Shown: positions 1-16,149 of the stretch, in pieces
Numbering within the stretch: position 1 is the stretch's first letter
Layout of the letters: each line of letters begins with the position of its first letter
NCBI RefSeq assembly: GCF_009914755.1
Contig: NC_060938.1
Direction: 5' to 3' (one strand)
Origin: the human T2T-CHM13v2.0 reference genome, Homo sapiens
DNA length: 64,000 nt
Notes under the pieces: model-generated
Told to the model about the DNA's origin: nothing
Seen by the model: only the letters and a program-made list of their open reading frames with translations
Databases searched by the model: none
Program-made: the position numbers and the translations under genes

Positions 1-2170
1 AGATTATATGTGTCCAGGAATGTATCCATTTAATATAAGTTTTCTAATTTCTTAGTGTGCAGTTGTTCATAATAATTTCTAGTGGTCCTTTGTATTTCTG
101 TTGTATCAGTTGTAATGTCTCATTTTTTATTTCTGATTTTACTTATTTGAGTCTTCCTTTTTTCTTGATTAGTCTAGCTACTGGTTTGTAAATATAGTTT
201 ATCTTTCGATAAAACCAGTGTTTCTTGTGATCCTTTGTGGGTTTTTGTCTCTATTTACTTCTGCTCTGATGTTTCCTTCTTCTTATTTTAGGTTTGGCTT
301 GTTCTTCCTTTTCTGGTTTCTTGAGGTGCTTTGTCAGATTGATTAAGTGAAATTGTTCAAATGGTTTAAGTGTTTATTGCTGTAAACTTCCCTTTTAGTA
401 CTGTTTCTCAGTACACTATAAGTTTTTGGTATGCTGTTTCTATATTAATTTGTTTCAAGACTTCTTTGGTGTCTTTAAATTTCTTAATTGAACCATAAGT
501 TTCTCAGGGTCTTTTCTCTTTTTTTCTTGATTAATCTTATTAATTTTTGATTTTCATGTATTTGTAGAATTTCCAAAGTTCCTCTTGTTACTAATTTCTA
601 GTTTTACTCCATTATGGTTTGAGAAGACACTTGATATAATACTGATTTTTGAAAATTTCTTGAGGCCAGTCTTGTGGCCTAACATGTGGTCTGTCTTGTA
701 GAATGTTCTATGTGCTGATGTCAAAAAATGGATCTAAAATGGTTTACAGGCCATATTTGGTCCAACAGCTGCAGTTGGACCAAATATGTTCTGTAAGCCA
801 TCTTTAGATCCATTTGGACACACATTTTTGAAGGATAACTTTGTTGGGTATAGTGTTATTAATCAGTAGGTATTTTTTGTTTTAGTACTTTGCTTAAACC
901 ATTTTTTTTCTCTCTTGGCTTATAATGGTTCTGCTGAGAAATTTACTGTTAGTCTGAAGGGGATTCCCTTATATGTAACTTGATGCCTTTTGCTGTTTTT
1001 AGAATTATTTCTTTGTCTTTGACTCTTGGCAGTTTGAGAGATATATGTCTCAGGGATGACATTTTTGGGTTGAGTATTTTGGGGACATTTGACCTTTCCA
1101 GATCTTGATGTCTGTCTCTCAAGATTTGGGAAGTTGTCAGCCATTATTTTACGAAATAAGTTTTCTATGCCTTTTCTACACTCATTTCCTTCTATAATTC
1201 ACAAAATGTGAATATTTATTTACTTGATGGTTTCCCATGTCATGTAGGTTTATTCATTCTTTTTTAAATTTTTTTTTCCTTTTGTCTGGGTTATTTTTAA
1301 AAACCTATCTTCAAGTACTAAAATTATCTTCTGCTTGATCTAGTCGATTGTTGAAGCTTTCAATTGTATTTTTTTAATTTTAATCATTGAATTCTTGAGT
1401 TCCGGGATTTCTGTTTAGTTGTTTTTTATGACATTCTATTTAATTTCTCATTTAGATCACCAGTTGTTTTTTTTTTCTGATTTATGTATATTTTCTATCT
1501 GTGTTCTTTTGTATCTACTAAGTTTTAAAAGATTATTATTTAAATTTGTTAAGGTATTTCATAGATTTTCTTTTGGGGCTCTGTTATTGGAGAATTATTG
1601 TGTTTCTATGGCAGTGTCATATTTCCTTTTTCATGTGTCTTGCATCCCTACATTGATAACTGTGTATATGGTTAGCAATTTCGTCTTTCAGTTTTCTGGA
1701 TTAGCTTTTTTAGGTAAACTTTTTTCTGTAGACATATCTATAGTGTCATTTGGGTAGAGTGTTTTGGCTTTGGTTCAGGTGGTTGCATTAGTGTAGTCTC
1801 TGTATGGTTACTTTGGCTGTAAATAATGTTAACAGTGTCTGCAGTTTCCCTAGGGCGTTCAGGTGAGGTTGTTCATGGAGTCAGCGACAAGACTTTCCTG
1901 GCAACATGGATATTTGGTGGGCTTGTTCTTTGGCTCCTAAGGGTTGTGCACAGGCACTGGCAGTGTTAGCAGTGGGTTGTTCTTGGGCTCCTGGGTGGTG
2001 ATTGGAGGCACATGGTGGCCTTACCACTGGAGTTCATGAGGTCATCATTTGTGGTACGCACTAGGTGGGCCAGCCCTCAGGCCCGAAGTCTCCCTGTTTA
2101 CACATTGACTGTAGTTGTAGCAGGCCCTGGTTGAGCCAGTCTTTGAGTTCACAGGTGGCACACATGGGTG
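1..2170 (-). mobile_element. Old L1 (L1M-type) fragment: ORF2 5' part, ORF1 and 5' region, internally deleted
   Basis: T-rich L1 antisense sequence; ORF 920-1144(-) contains the ORF1p-like motif RHQVTYKGIPFRLTVNFSAE. Confidence 0.8.
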
Positions 2171-3000
2171 CCTTCATTTTTAGATGGATATTTTATCAAG
2201 GTACAAACTTTTGGATTCAATTTATCTCAAGTATTTTAAACATATTGTCCCATTGTCTTCTGGATTTGATAGTTTCTGTTAAAAATTCAGCTTTAAGTTT
2301 TCTTGTTTTTCTTTTGAAAGTGATATGTCTTTTTTCTCCCTCTGACTGTTGTTAAAGTGTTCTTGTTATCTTTGATTTTCAGCATTTTGAGTGTTGGTTG
2401 TGGTTTTTTTCACCTTTGCCAGTGTGGTGTTTGCCATACTTCTTAAGTCAGAACATTAATATATTGTATCAGTTTTGGGCTAGTCTCAGCAATTTTTAAC
2501 TTTTTCTGAAAGTATTGTTTCTCCTCACTTTCTGTCTGCTTTATTCTAACTGGAATTATATTTGTGTTGAAGTGTTTAATTCCCACATATCTCTTATGCT
2601 CTGTTCATTTCATTTCTTTCTTGCTGTGCTTCAGTGTGGATATTTCCTGCTGACCTATATTCAAATTCACTAATCTGTGCTTTGCTGTATTCAGTCAGTT
2701 ATAAAACCCACCCACCAACTGCTTAATTGCAGATAGTGTGTTTTTCAGATATAAAATCACTATTTAATTTTTAAAATAGATTTTCATTCTTTGTTGAAGT
2801 TTTCCTTTTTTCATCTACTTTGAAGATCTTTTTTAAAGTCCTTGTCTTCTAACTCTATATCATCTGTGGGTCTGTTTATATTTATTCTCTTTTCCCTTGA
2901 TTGTTAGTCACATTTTGTGCCCCTTTCCATACCTTGTAATTTTCATCATATACCAAATATTGTTTATAATAGAGCAGCAGAAATTGAACTAAATATTATT
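2171..3000 (-). mobile_element. Highly diverged ancient L1 ORF1-region fragment
   Basis: Segments such as cattgtcttctggatttgatagtttctgttaaaaattcagc resemble antisense L1M ORF1. Confidence 0.55.
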
Positions 3001-4039
3001 TTTCTTCAATTCTGTATTAGAAAGATAAGATCAAGTGCTAATCACCTCAACTCAATTATGAATCTTACTGCATCAAGTCTGGGTGGCAGCTTTCGATACA
3101 CTTAGAATGCCTTTGATTTTAAATGTCCTAATGACAACAACTGTTGTGTTGCAGACTCTTCTGTCTGGTGACTTTGTATTTATATACTGTAAAATTGTTG
3201 GAGATTTTACTCTACCTTTCTGGTCCTGCTCCTTTTACTCATTTCCTCTGGCTCCCCACCCACTAAGGGGATGCTTTTGGTTGAGAGCAAATATCTTGTG
3301 GGAAGACCTATTAAAATTTTATCCTCACAGTGGTAGGCTACATCTGTTCTAGTGTGACTTTGTCTTCTAATCACCACAACATTACAGGGATTATTATTTG
3401 CCCCATGGCCTGTTCTCCCAACTGCTGCCCCAAATCCTCTTAGGTAATTCTGGCACTCAGCAAATTTTTCAGGGAGAAAACTGTCTGTAATTTTGGACTT
3501 CATCAGATTCCAGTTTTTCATGCCAGCTTACAAATTATCAAGAGCTGTGCTGGTTTTTCTTTTCCTTAGTAGTGTCCTTCTTTCTTAGCTAGTCTGTCTA
3601 ACTGGCAAATCCTTCCAGAAATTAAAATAATCAGCAGGATTAGCTGACTTAAGAGATATTAATCATCCTGCAAATTTAGTTTCTCCTTTCTATTTCCCTT
3701 GCTCGCCAATATTTTTAAAAATATGATTTTGTAGTTTGTCTCTTTTTTTCCTAGTTGTTGTGGGGGCAGTGACTTGCTACTGTGTACTAGTAAATTAATC
3801 TTGTAACAGTAAGAACAACATTTAGACCGACATGTTTATTATTTTATGTAATGTATTTATATAGAGTTGGTGTGCTTAAAGTAGTGGATTGTTATTGAAA
3901 TGTTGGCTTGTTTAGAATATTAATATTTGTTGCTAAATTCACCAGGCCTATAAATAAATCAATAGTAATGTTTGGGGAAAAATGAAAAAAAAAAAGCTAT
4001 TTTTCATTTCAAAATGTCTTTTGGTCAGCAATAGCTTAA

Positions 4040-4171
<132 letters not shown>

Positions 4172-5454
4172 TGAGTATTGTGCTTTCAGTATTAAGTATA
4201 AATTAAAACTTTATTATTAGTGTTCCTTTTCTCAAAAGAGTTTTATGTGAAAACTTATTTAAGGTACAACAATTTTTTCTTTTCTAATAATGCGTTTTAC
4301 ACATATTGAAGTCTGACAGAACAGTTCAGAAATAGAATAGATTTTAGAAGGAATGATGTCATGATTAATGATTGATTTTCAAGGAGGAATCCTGATGGCT
4401 GATGATATCTTGCCAATGTGGCAGTAGCTACTAGCCAAGAAAGATGATTAGTAGTTGATTTCCTTGGGAAAGAGAGATTGAATTTGTTTACAACAATTTG
4501 AAGTTTTTTGAATATATTGTTTATAGTAATTATTTGTAATTATAATTAGAAATATAAAGTAGTTATTTGTTATAACAATATACATTTGAATATGTTAGAT
4601 ATATTTCTGATGTTTTACATATGGCACAAGAATTTTGGAGAGTTTGATAGATTTCAGTTTTTAATTTTTTTGCTCATCAGTCAGTCCCATTCTTTATTGG
4701 CATATCTTTCTAATACATATACTCTACAATAATGTCACTTTCTATTTCATAAATTTTTTTTACACTTTTATATTTACTGGTAAATATGCATACTATCTAT
4801 GAACATACCTTCCCAATAAGATCACTGTTTATTAAAAAAAAATAATTAAAACTAGTTAAGCCTGCGAAGCAGAGTAAAGAAAATTGAATACTGCCAGGTG
4901 CCTTCTATAATGATACATATAATGCATACAATTAAATATGTCCTAATAGGAAATTCATCTCCCAGATCACATGTAATATACCCTCCCACGGGAGTCACTA
5001 ATAAGTCATTGAGAATTTTGTGAGGAATAAACACAAGAATATCTTGAACTTGAAGATTATTGATTCTTTAATGATTGACTAGTCATGTTAAAAAATATGA
5101 GAGTGCTGAAAATGTATCGAATATTGAAGTTTATATATGATGTCGTGAGTTCAGAATGCATTTCCAAGTCTACCTCTCTCCATTTTTTTCTTTTCTCCAT
5201 CTTTCTTTTTCTAACTCAAAAGGATTGCAAATATTCCTCCTCCTTGATTTTTATCCCTACTATGAAGATTGACAGTTGTCCTTTGAGTCCTGTGAAAATT
5301 TAACCAACAATGTAATTATTCTGTTAGGATGTAAATATACCTAGTGAATAACATTTAATTGCATTAAGAGTTCTACTATCCTTATGGATATGGGTGGAAA
5401 CTTTACAATTTCCTCAAAAGACTTTGCTTATTTGAATGAATAAAATAAATTACT

Positions 5455-5755
<301 letters not shown>

Positions 5756-6312
5756 TTATTTGTAAGATATGTTTTAGTAAAATAAGAATGTATGTCTGTT
5801 TAATGCAGCAATATGATGAAAATATTTGCTCATATGAACTCCAATTATATAAAAGATTTGAAGAACTACACTTGAATAATGGATTATAATAATCAATTGC
5901 CATGTTTTGGAAAAACTTGTTGCTTCTTCCTGGAATGTAGAATAACATTCATCATTTAACCTACCACTAAATTCTATATTTAATTTTAGTATTCTAAAAA
6001 AAAAATTCATCTCAGACTACTTCATTGGAAGGACAAAATAATTCTCAGTGTACCTGTCTTAAAACAGCCGGAAATATCTTAATATAGCATCATTCTCCTA
6101 ACCTGCCATTATCCTCTTGGATTAGTCTAGTATGTAAGAATGTCAGCATTCATGGAGAAAGAGTTTGTTTTTACTCCTGCCTGCTTGGCTTTCTAAGGAA
6201 TTTTTTCTTTATTAAGAACTGTCAGGATATACTATTGATGACTTGAATTCATATTTTAAAGATATATTTCTCATTAGGTAAAATCTTTTAGAGAAAGAAA
6301 TGCCCAATGTGG

Positions 6313-6314
<2 letters not shown>

Positions 6315-6369
<55 letters not shown>

Positions 6370-6556
6370 CATATATATATGTTCATATATATATGTTCAT
6401 ATATATGTATATGTTCATATATATGTACATATATATGTTCATATATATATGTTCATATATATATGTTCATATATATGTTCATATATATATGTTCATATAT
6501 ATATATGTTCATATATATATGTTCATATATATATATGTTCATATATATATATTCAT
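6315..6556. repeat. Compound microsatellite/minisatellite: (AT)26 followed by 12 GTTC(AT)n units
   Basis: Pure AT run 6315-6366; GTTC at 6367, 6381, 6395, 6413, 6437, 6451, 6465, 6477, 6491, 6507, 6521, 6537. Confidence 0.97.
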
Positions 6557-6822
6557 ATTCTTGTGTTGTTATGATGGGAAATATTTTATTCTGAGTTCCT
6601 GTCTGATTGCAGTATTCATTTAGTATGTACATTGTAGGTGAGTATTTTTTTTTTTTAAGCTAGGTGCCTCTTTTCTGTCTCAGACTCTTGGCATAAATGT
6701 TCACTACTTTTCATTGATTCAGGTATACTAGATGGTCCTACAAGGAGTTGAATTGTTAATGGTGCAACATTGAATAGGAAGTATATCAGAAATTTTTTTT
6801 GTGTTTTTACAAAAATCTCTTC

Positions 6823-7117
6823 GGCCAGGCACAGTTTCTCACGCCTGTAATCCCAGCACTTTGGGAGGCCGAGGTGGGCGGATCATGAGGTCAGGAGATC
6901 GAGACCATCCTGGCTAACACGGTGAAACCCCGTCTCCACTAAAAGTACAAAAAATTAGCCAGGCGTGGTGGCGGGCACCTGTAGTCCCAGCTACTCAGGA
7001 GGCCAAGGCAGGAGAATGGCATGAACCCAGAGGCAGAGCTTGCAGTGAGCAGAGATCGCCCCACCACACTCCAGCGTGGGCAACAGAGCAAGACTCCGTC
7101 TCAAAAAAAAAAAAAAA
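6823..7117 (+). mobile_element. AluY
   Basis: Diagnostic ATCCTGGCTAACACGG, GGAGAATGGC and GAGCTTGCAG; A tail. Confidence 0.93.
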
Positions 7118-7870
7118 CTCCTCCTCAAAAAATCACTGTCATTTGATAACTACTCCAGACTAGTCTGATGGTTATTAAAATTGTATACATGTCATTTTAA
7201 TACATGTTCCAAATAAAAATTATTAGAATAAGATGTGTGTTGAGTGAATGCTATGTATGTTGATGTGCCTGGCAGATTTTTATTATGACTCACCCATTTG
7301 AGCTGCTGATACTGAAAGGAGTTGATGGTAAATAAGAATTAAGAATTTTAGCCTCAATACTGTTAGAAAGGAAGACAGAATAATAGAGCAAGAAAAATTA
7401 GGCTAAGGAAAACCCAGGCTTATCTAGTCAATATTGATACTCAGAGTAGTGTATTATATGTCTTAATTGGATAAATGAGCAGATACAGAATTTCTGTGGA
7501 CAAAGTACAGAAATAAAACTGTAATGAGTTTTATTAAGAATATATGATATAAAACAATGTTTAAACCAAGAGTAGTCAGAGCTAGATGAGGGGCTTACTG
7601 CATCAGAGATTGAAAGTGCAGAACCTAAACTGACTAATTCATACTCTGAATCTGTGTCAAGCTAATGGAACAATGATAGGTACTCTGTAATTTACTTTAA
7701 CTGTATAGTACATACTCCAGTATTTTACTGCCATTGTAGTAAAACTTGTTACTGGGCTTGAATGAACCAAGTGAGCTATTGTGTGAACATGGCAGAGAGA
7801 TGCCATGGGAGAAAAAAATTTTGAGAAAGTTATGAATCTCTAAGCAAGACTTTCTGGTCTTGCTACTAAC

Positions 7871-10418
<2,548 letters not shown>

Positions 10419-10593
10419 GCTTTGTTCTTTTTGCTCAGGATTGCTTTGGCTATTCAGGGTCTTTTATGGTTTCATACCAATTTTAGGATTATTTTTTCTA
10501 TTTTTGTGATGAATGTCATTGGTATTTTGATAGAGATTGCGTTGAATCTATAGATCACTGTTGGTAGCATGTTCATTTTTACAATATTACTTC

Positions 10594-10916
10594 TTTTTCT
10601 TTATTTTATTTGGTTTTTTTTTTTTTTTTTTTTGAGACGGAGTTTCGCTCTTGTTGCTCAGGCTGGAGTGCAATGGCACAATCTCGGCTCACCGCAACCT
10701 CTCGCCTCCTGGGTTCAAGCGGTTCTCCTGCCTCAGCCTCTTGAGTAGCTGGGATTACAGGCATGTGCCACCATGCCCGGCTAATTTTGTGTTTTTAGTA
10801 GAGACAGGGTTTCTCCATGTTGTTCAGGCTGGTCTCTAACTCCTGACCTCAGGTGATCCGCCCACCTCGGCCTCCCAAAGTGCTGGGATTACAGGCATGA
10901 GCCACTGTGCCTGGCC
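10594..10916 (-). mobile_element. AluSp-like
   Basis: GAGTTTCGCTCTTGTTGC and CTCACCGCAACC; imperfect TSD aatattacttc/aatattatttc. Confidence 0.92.
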
Positions 10917-11050
10917 AATATTATTTCTTTCAATTCATAAACATAGGATGTGTTTCCATTTGTTTGTGTCCTCTTCAATTTCTTTCATCAGTTTTTTAGC
11001 TTGTTTGTGTAGAGATCTTTCACCCACTTGGTTAAATTTATTTCTAGGTA

Positions 11051-11563
11051 CAGTTGATCCTTGAACAGTATGAGTATTTGGTGTATTGCTCCTGCATGCT
11101 GTTGAACATTTAGGTGTAACTTTTGACTTGCCAAAAACTTAATTACTAACTAATAAGCTACTGTTGACTGGAATCCTTAACAATGACATAAACAGTTGAC
11201 TAACACATATTTTACATACGTATTACATACTGTATTCTTGAAATAAAGTAAACTAGAGAAAAGAAAGTATTATTAAGAATAACAAAATTAAGAAAAAGAA
11301 AAATATTTACTATTCACTAAGTCAAAGTAGATCAAGATATAAGTCTTTATGCTTTTCATCTTCACATTGAATAGGCTGATGAGGAGGCGGAGGAAGAGGA
11401 AAAGGAGTTGGTTTTGCTGTCTCAGGAGTGGCAGAGGCAGAGAAGAGTTGTCAGGGAGGTAGAAGAGGCAGGCACACTCAAGTGTAACATTTATGGAAAA
11501 AAGTCTGCATGCATGTAAGTAGACCCATGCAGTTCAAGTCTGTATTGTTCAAGGGTCTAACTG
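11051..11563 (-). mobile_element. Tigger2a (MER28)-like DNA transposon
   Basis: TIRs CAGTTGATCCTTGAACA...TGTTCAAGGGTCTAACTG with TA at the left; internal sequence resembles Tigger2a. Confidence 0.85.
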
Positions 11564-11883
11564 AATTTTATTTTTGTATGTAGCTGCCATAAAATGGATT
11601 GCTTTTTCAGTTTCTTTTTCCACTAGTTTATTGCTGATGTTTAGAAATGGTACTTATTTTTTACCTTGATTTTCTGTCCTGCAAAAGTACTCAACTTGTT
11701 CATCAGTTCTAAGAGTCTTTGAGGGGAGTCTTTACTGTTTTCTATATGTCGTCTACAACATGGGAGATGAACGGGAACAAATTTGGATAGTCCTTTCCAA
11801 TTTGGATGCCCTTTAATTCTTTCTCTTGCCTAATTGTTATGACTGGGACTTCCAGTACTGTGTTGAATGAAAGTTGTGAAAGT

Positions 11884-12209
11884 CCTTTGCAGGGACATGG
11901 ATGAAGCTGGAAACCATCATTATCAGCAAAATATCACAAGGACAGAAAACCAAACACCGCATGTTCTCACTCATAAGTGGGAGTTTAACAATGAGAACAC
12001 ATGGACGCAGGGAGTGGAACATCACACACCGGGGCCTGTCGGGGGGTGGGGGGCTGGGGGAGGGATAGCATTAGTAAAAATACTTAATGTAAATGACCAG
12101 TTGATGGGTGCAGCAAACCAACATGGCACATGTATACCTGTGTAACACACCTGCATATTGTGCACATGTACCCTAGAACTTAAAGTATAATTTTTTAAAA
12201 AAAGAAAAA
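11884..12209 (+). mobile_element. Short L1PA (about L1PA7) 3' end
   Basis: L1 3'UTR with G-tract; TSD gaaagttgtgaaagt (11869-11883) / gaaagtggtaaaagt (12210-12224). Confidence 0.9.
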
Positions 12210-13959
12210 GAAAGTGGTAAAAGTGAGCATCTTTTTTTTGTTCCAGAACTTAGAGGAAAAGCTTTTAACTTTTCCCAAGTCAGTGTGATGTTGGCTGTGG
12301 GTTTACTGTATATGGCTTTTGTTGTGTTGAAGTACATTCCTTCTGTATCTAACTTGGTGAGAGTTTTTATCAGGAAGGGATGTTGAATTTTATTACATGC
12401 TTTTTCTATGTTTATTGAAATGATTATATTGTTTTTGTCCTTCATTCCATTGATGTGATGTGTCATATTTATTGATTTGCATATGCTAAACCATCCCATT
12501 TATCTCACCCATTTATGCCTGGGATAAATCCTACTTGATGATGGTGAATTATCTTTTTAATATGCTGCTGGATTCTGTTTGCTAGTATGTGGTTGGTAAT
12601 TTTTGCTTCTATGTTCATCAGGGATGTTGGTCTGTAGTTTTTGCATTTGAGTCCTTGGTCTAGTTTTAGTATCAGGGTAATGCTGGCCTCTTAGAATGAG
12701 TTTTGAAGAATTGCCTCCTTCTCAATTTTCTGGAAGTTTTAGACATATTGATTTTAATTCTGCTTTAAATGTTTGATAGAATTCAACAGTGAAGCCATAG
12801 GGTCCCAGGCTTTTTTAAAATTACAAATTTAGTCACGTTAATTTTCAATTGGTTTGTTGGGGTTTTTCATTTCTTCTTGGCTCAGTTGTGGTAGGTTGTT
12901 TGTGTCCAGGACCATTTCTGCTAGGTTTTCTAATTTGTTGGCGTATAGTTGTTCATAATAGTCTTTAATGATTTTTATTTATGTGGTATCAATTTTTTGT
13001 GTCATTTTTCCATTCTGATTTTATTTATTTGAGTCTTTTTTTATCTTGGTTTATTTGGGTCTTTTCTCTTTTTGTCTTCGTTGGTCTAGCTAGTAGTTTG
13101 GCAATTTTATTGATCTTTTCATAAAACCAACTTTTTGACTTTTTTTATATGTTGTATTTTTTTCTCAATTTTACTTATTTCAGCTTGGATATTTTTTATT
13201 TTTTCTACTAATTCTTACAGTTTGTTCTTGATTTTCTTGTTCCTTAAGTTAGCTTGTTAGGCTATTTGAAAATTTTCTACTTAATGTTGAGGTTTATTGC
13301 TATAAACTTCTCTCTTACTATAGTTTGTGATGTATCTCATATTTTTTGGTATGTTGTGTTTCTCTTTTCATTTGTTTCAAGAAATTTGAAATTTTTTTCT
13401 TAATTTTTTTATTGACCCACGTTCATTGTAGAACATGTTCTTCAATTTCCCTATATTCTCACAGTTTCAGTAGTTCCTTTTGTTGATTTCTAGTTTTATT
13501 TAATTTTGGCCAGAAAAGATACTTAATATGACTTCAATTCTTTTAGATTTGTTGAGCCTTGTTTTGTGACCTAATATGTGGTCTGTTCTGGAGAATATTC
13601 CATGTGCTGATGAAAAGTATGTGTATTCTGCTGCATTTGGGTGATATTTTCTCTAAAGGTTTGTTAGGTTCATTTGGTCTGAAGAACAGTTTAAATTAAA
13701 TGACCTCTGTCACATGTTGAGAGTGGAGTGTTGAAGTCCCCATCTATTATTGTATCAGAATTTATTCCTTCCTTTAAATCTAACAATATTTGCTTCATAT
13801 ATCTGGGTGCTCCAATGTTGGGTGCATATTATATTTACATTTGTTATCTCCTTTACTGAATTAATATCTTTATCATTATGTAATGACCTTCTTTGTTTCT
13901 TTTTAGTTGTTTTTTGTTTTTATGTTTGTTTGAGACACAGCCTCACTCCCTCGGTTTGT

Positions 13960-14052
13960 GTAAGTACACTCTATGAAGGTCACATAAGGTTGAAATAACC
14001 TGAGGATGCATTTCTCAGAATGTATCCCTGTGGTTCAGTGACATTTGACTGT
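13960..14052 (+). mobile_element. Tigger3 (Golem) terminal fragment
   Basis: gatgcatttctcagaatgtatccctgtggtt...gactgta resembles the Tigger3 end. Confidence 0.65.
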
Positions 14053-14187
14053 AATGAGTGGCAAAGCAGTAAACCTTGGTCTGTATTATTCGAACTCCTA
14101 TATGCTGACTCACTTACGTATTTCAGTGAAAACCCAAAGATTTTTATTTAGTGTTGAAGGCCTAAACCTCATTTAAAATTAAGTATA

Positions 14188-14610
<423 letters not shown>

Positions 14611-14639
14611 CATGAACATTTTTAAGTGATTAAAAAAAA

Positions 14640-14850
14640 TTTTTAATGAATATTTTATAGTACATGAAAATTATATTTCAGTGTCTATAAATAGTTTTGT
14701 TAGGGAACACAGCCATGCATAGTGTTTACCTACTATTCATGGCTGCTTTTGAATTATAATAGCAGAGATGATAAGTTGTAACAAGGATCATTTGGCCCAC
14801 TAAGCTGAAAATGTTTATTATCCAGTCGTTTACAGAAAACGTTGCTGACA
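14640..14850. mobile_element. MER58 (hAT-Charlie) fragment
   Basis: gaacacagccatgc...ggcccactaagctgaaaatgtttattatc...tttacagaaaacgttgctgac. Confidence 0.75.
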
Positions 14851-15119
14851 ATCAGATATAGAGGATAGACTACAAAGTGAGCTAAATAATTTATCAGTAT
14901 TCTGTTCAAGATAGTGTACACTGGGAGATTTTCAGAACTTTCTCTGATTGACATAGAATGGAAGCCAAAATTAAGATATAGGGTCTGCAGAAAACAAAAC
15001 TAAACAAACAATAGCAAAAACTATCCAGTACTTTGGTTAGCAACCTCTAATCCAAAAAAGATAATAAAAGCTAGATAGCATTTTTCTTTTTCTATGTTTG
15101 ACAATAAAATCAAATTCGG

Positions 15120-15250
15120 ATTTGTCCATAAAACTCCTGAAATTCTATGCAAAATATATTTGTGAGCAAATGTTTGTTTTTCTGGGGCGAAAGTCCTTAG
15201 TTTTCCTTTGATTTTCTGTGGGTTTTGCAGATGCAAATAGGTTAAGGATT
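15120..15250 (-). mobile_element. MER117-like hAT fragment
   Basis: ctcctgaaattctatgcaaaat...ttttctggggcgaaagtccttagttttc resembles antisense MER117. Confidence 0.55.
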
Positions 15251-15459
15251 ACTAATATATATAGTTAACTCCCAAATAAAGAGGTTTGAATATATCTTTA
15301 CTTTACCTGCTAACCTTCTTATAGTCCTGGGTGCTTTCTGTTATTTACCTCCTGACTGTAAAACATGCAATTTTTATTACTATTTTCTGACACACTTCAT
15401 TGTCATATGCTCTGGTCATTAGGTATAAGTTTACATGGAAGGAGTGAGGAGTATGATGA

Positions 15460-15650
15460 GGTACTAACATTTATCAACTACCTGCTAGGAACTAAACAGG
15501 TGCTTTATGCCTAGTTTTTAATATGATGTTTCATAATTCTGTTAGACATGCTGAGTAATTTGAAATTCAGAGAAGTTAAATATCTGCAGATACACTATCT
15601 GTAGATTCTCTAGTAGTAGGCCTGGGACTCCAACCTACGTCTCTCTAATA
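15460..15650 (-). mobile_element. MIR
   Basis: Degenerate MIR core (tgaaattcagagaagttaaat...ggcctgggactccaacct). Confidence 0.6.
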
Positions 15651-16149
15651 AGTCCTAAATTATCCTGGCTCCTCTATACAACCAGGAGAGAGAACACAGA
15701 AAGCAAGTGGGGAACACAGATGTCTACCTTTTTTTCTTATCGAACAGTTTTCTATAATATTTGCTATTTCTAATTACCATTTTTATATGACCATTGGTGC
15801 ATATAAACTATATGACATTTTGGTCTCTATGAGCATTAAAAGGATAAAGACATTGTATTAGATTGCTTGAATTGAATGGCTTGTATTGTTGTTATGAAAT
15901 ACCAAAGAAATCTTTATAATATTTGGAATTAAAATATTACCAAGGAAGTAACCCTGAACTGAAGCTTATATAGAGCACTTGTTTGAATTATAGTGTTATA
16001 TTTTTTATGTTTATTCATACTAGGTAGTAATTCTCTAACCTTATGATTTCATAGCTTCATTGCACTTTAAAAAATTATAAGCATGGCATTGAACTATTGT
16101 TTATGTGGGTAACATCTATTGATATTTACTATGTTAAAGAATAAAATTA

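Noticed and set aside
6300-6623. Y/I/H/M-rich ORFs and a regularly spaced array superficially like a CRISPR
   Set aside because: Translation artefacts of an AT microsatellite; the spacers are only (AT)n, there are no cas genes, and the context is eukaryotic.
12030-12064. G-quadruplex-like G-tract
   Set aside because: Ordinary L1PA 3'UTR G-rich tract.
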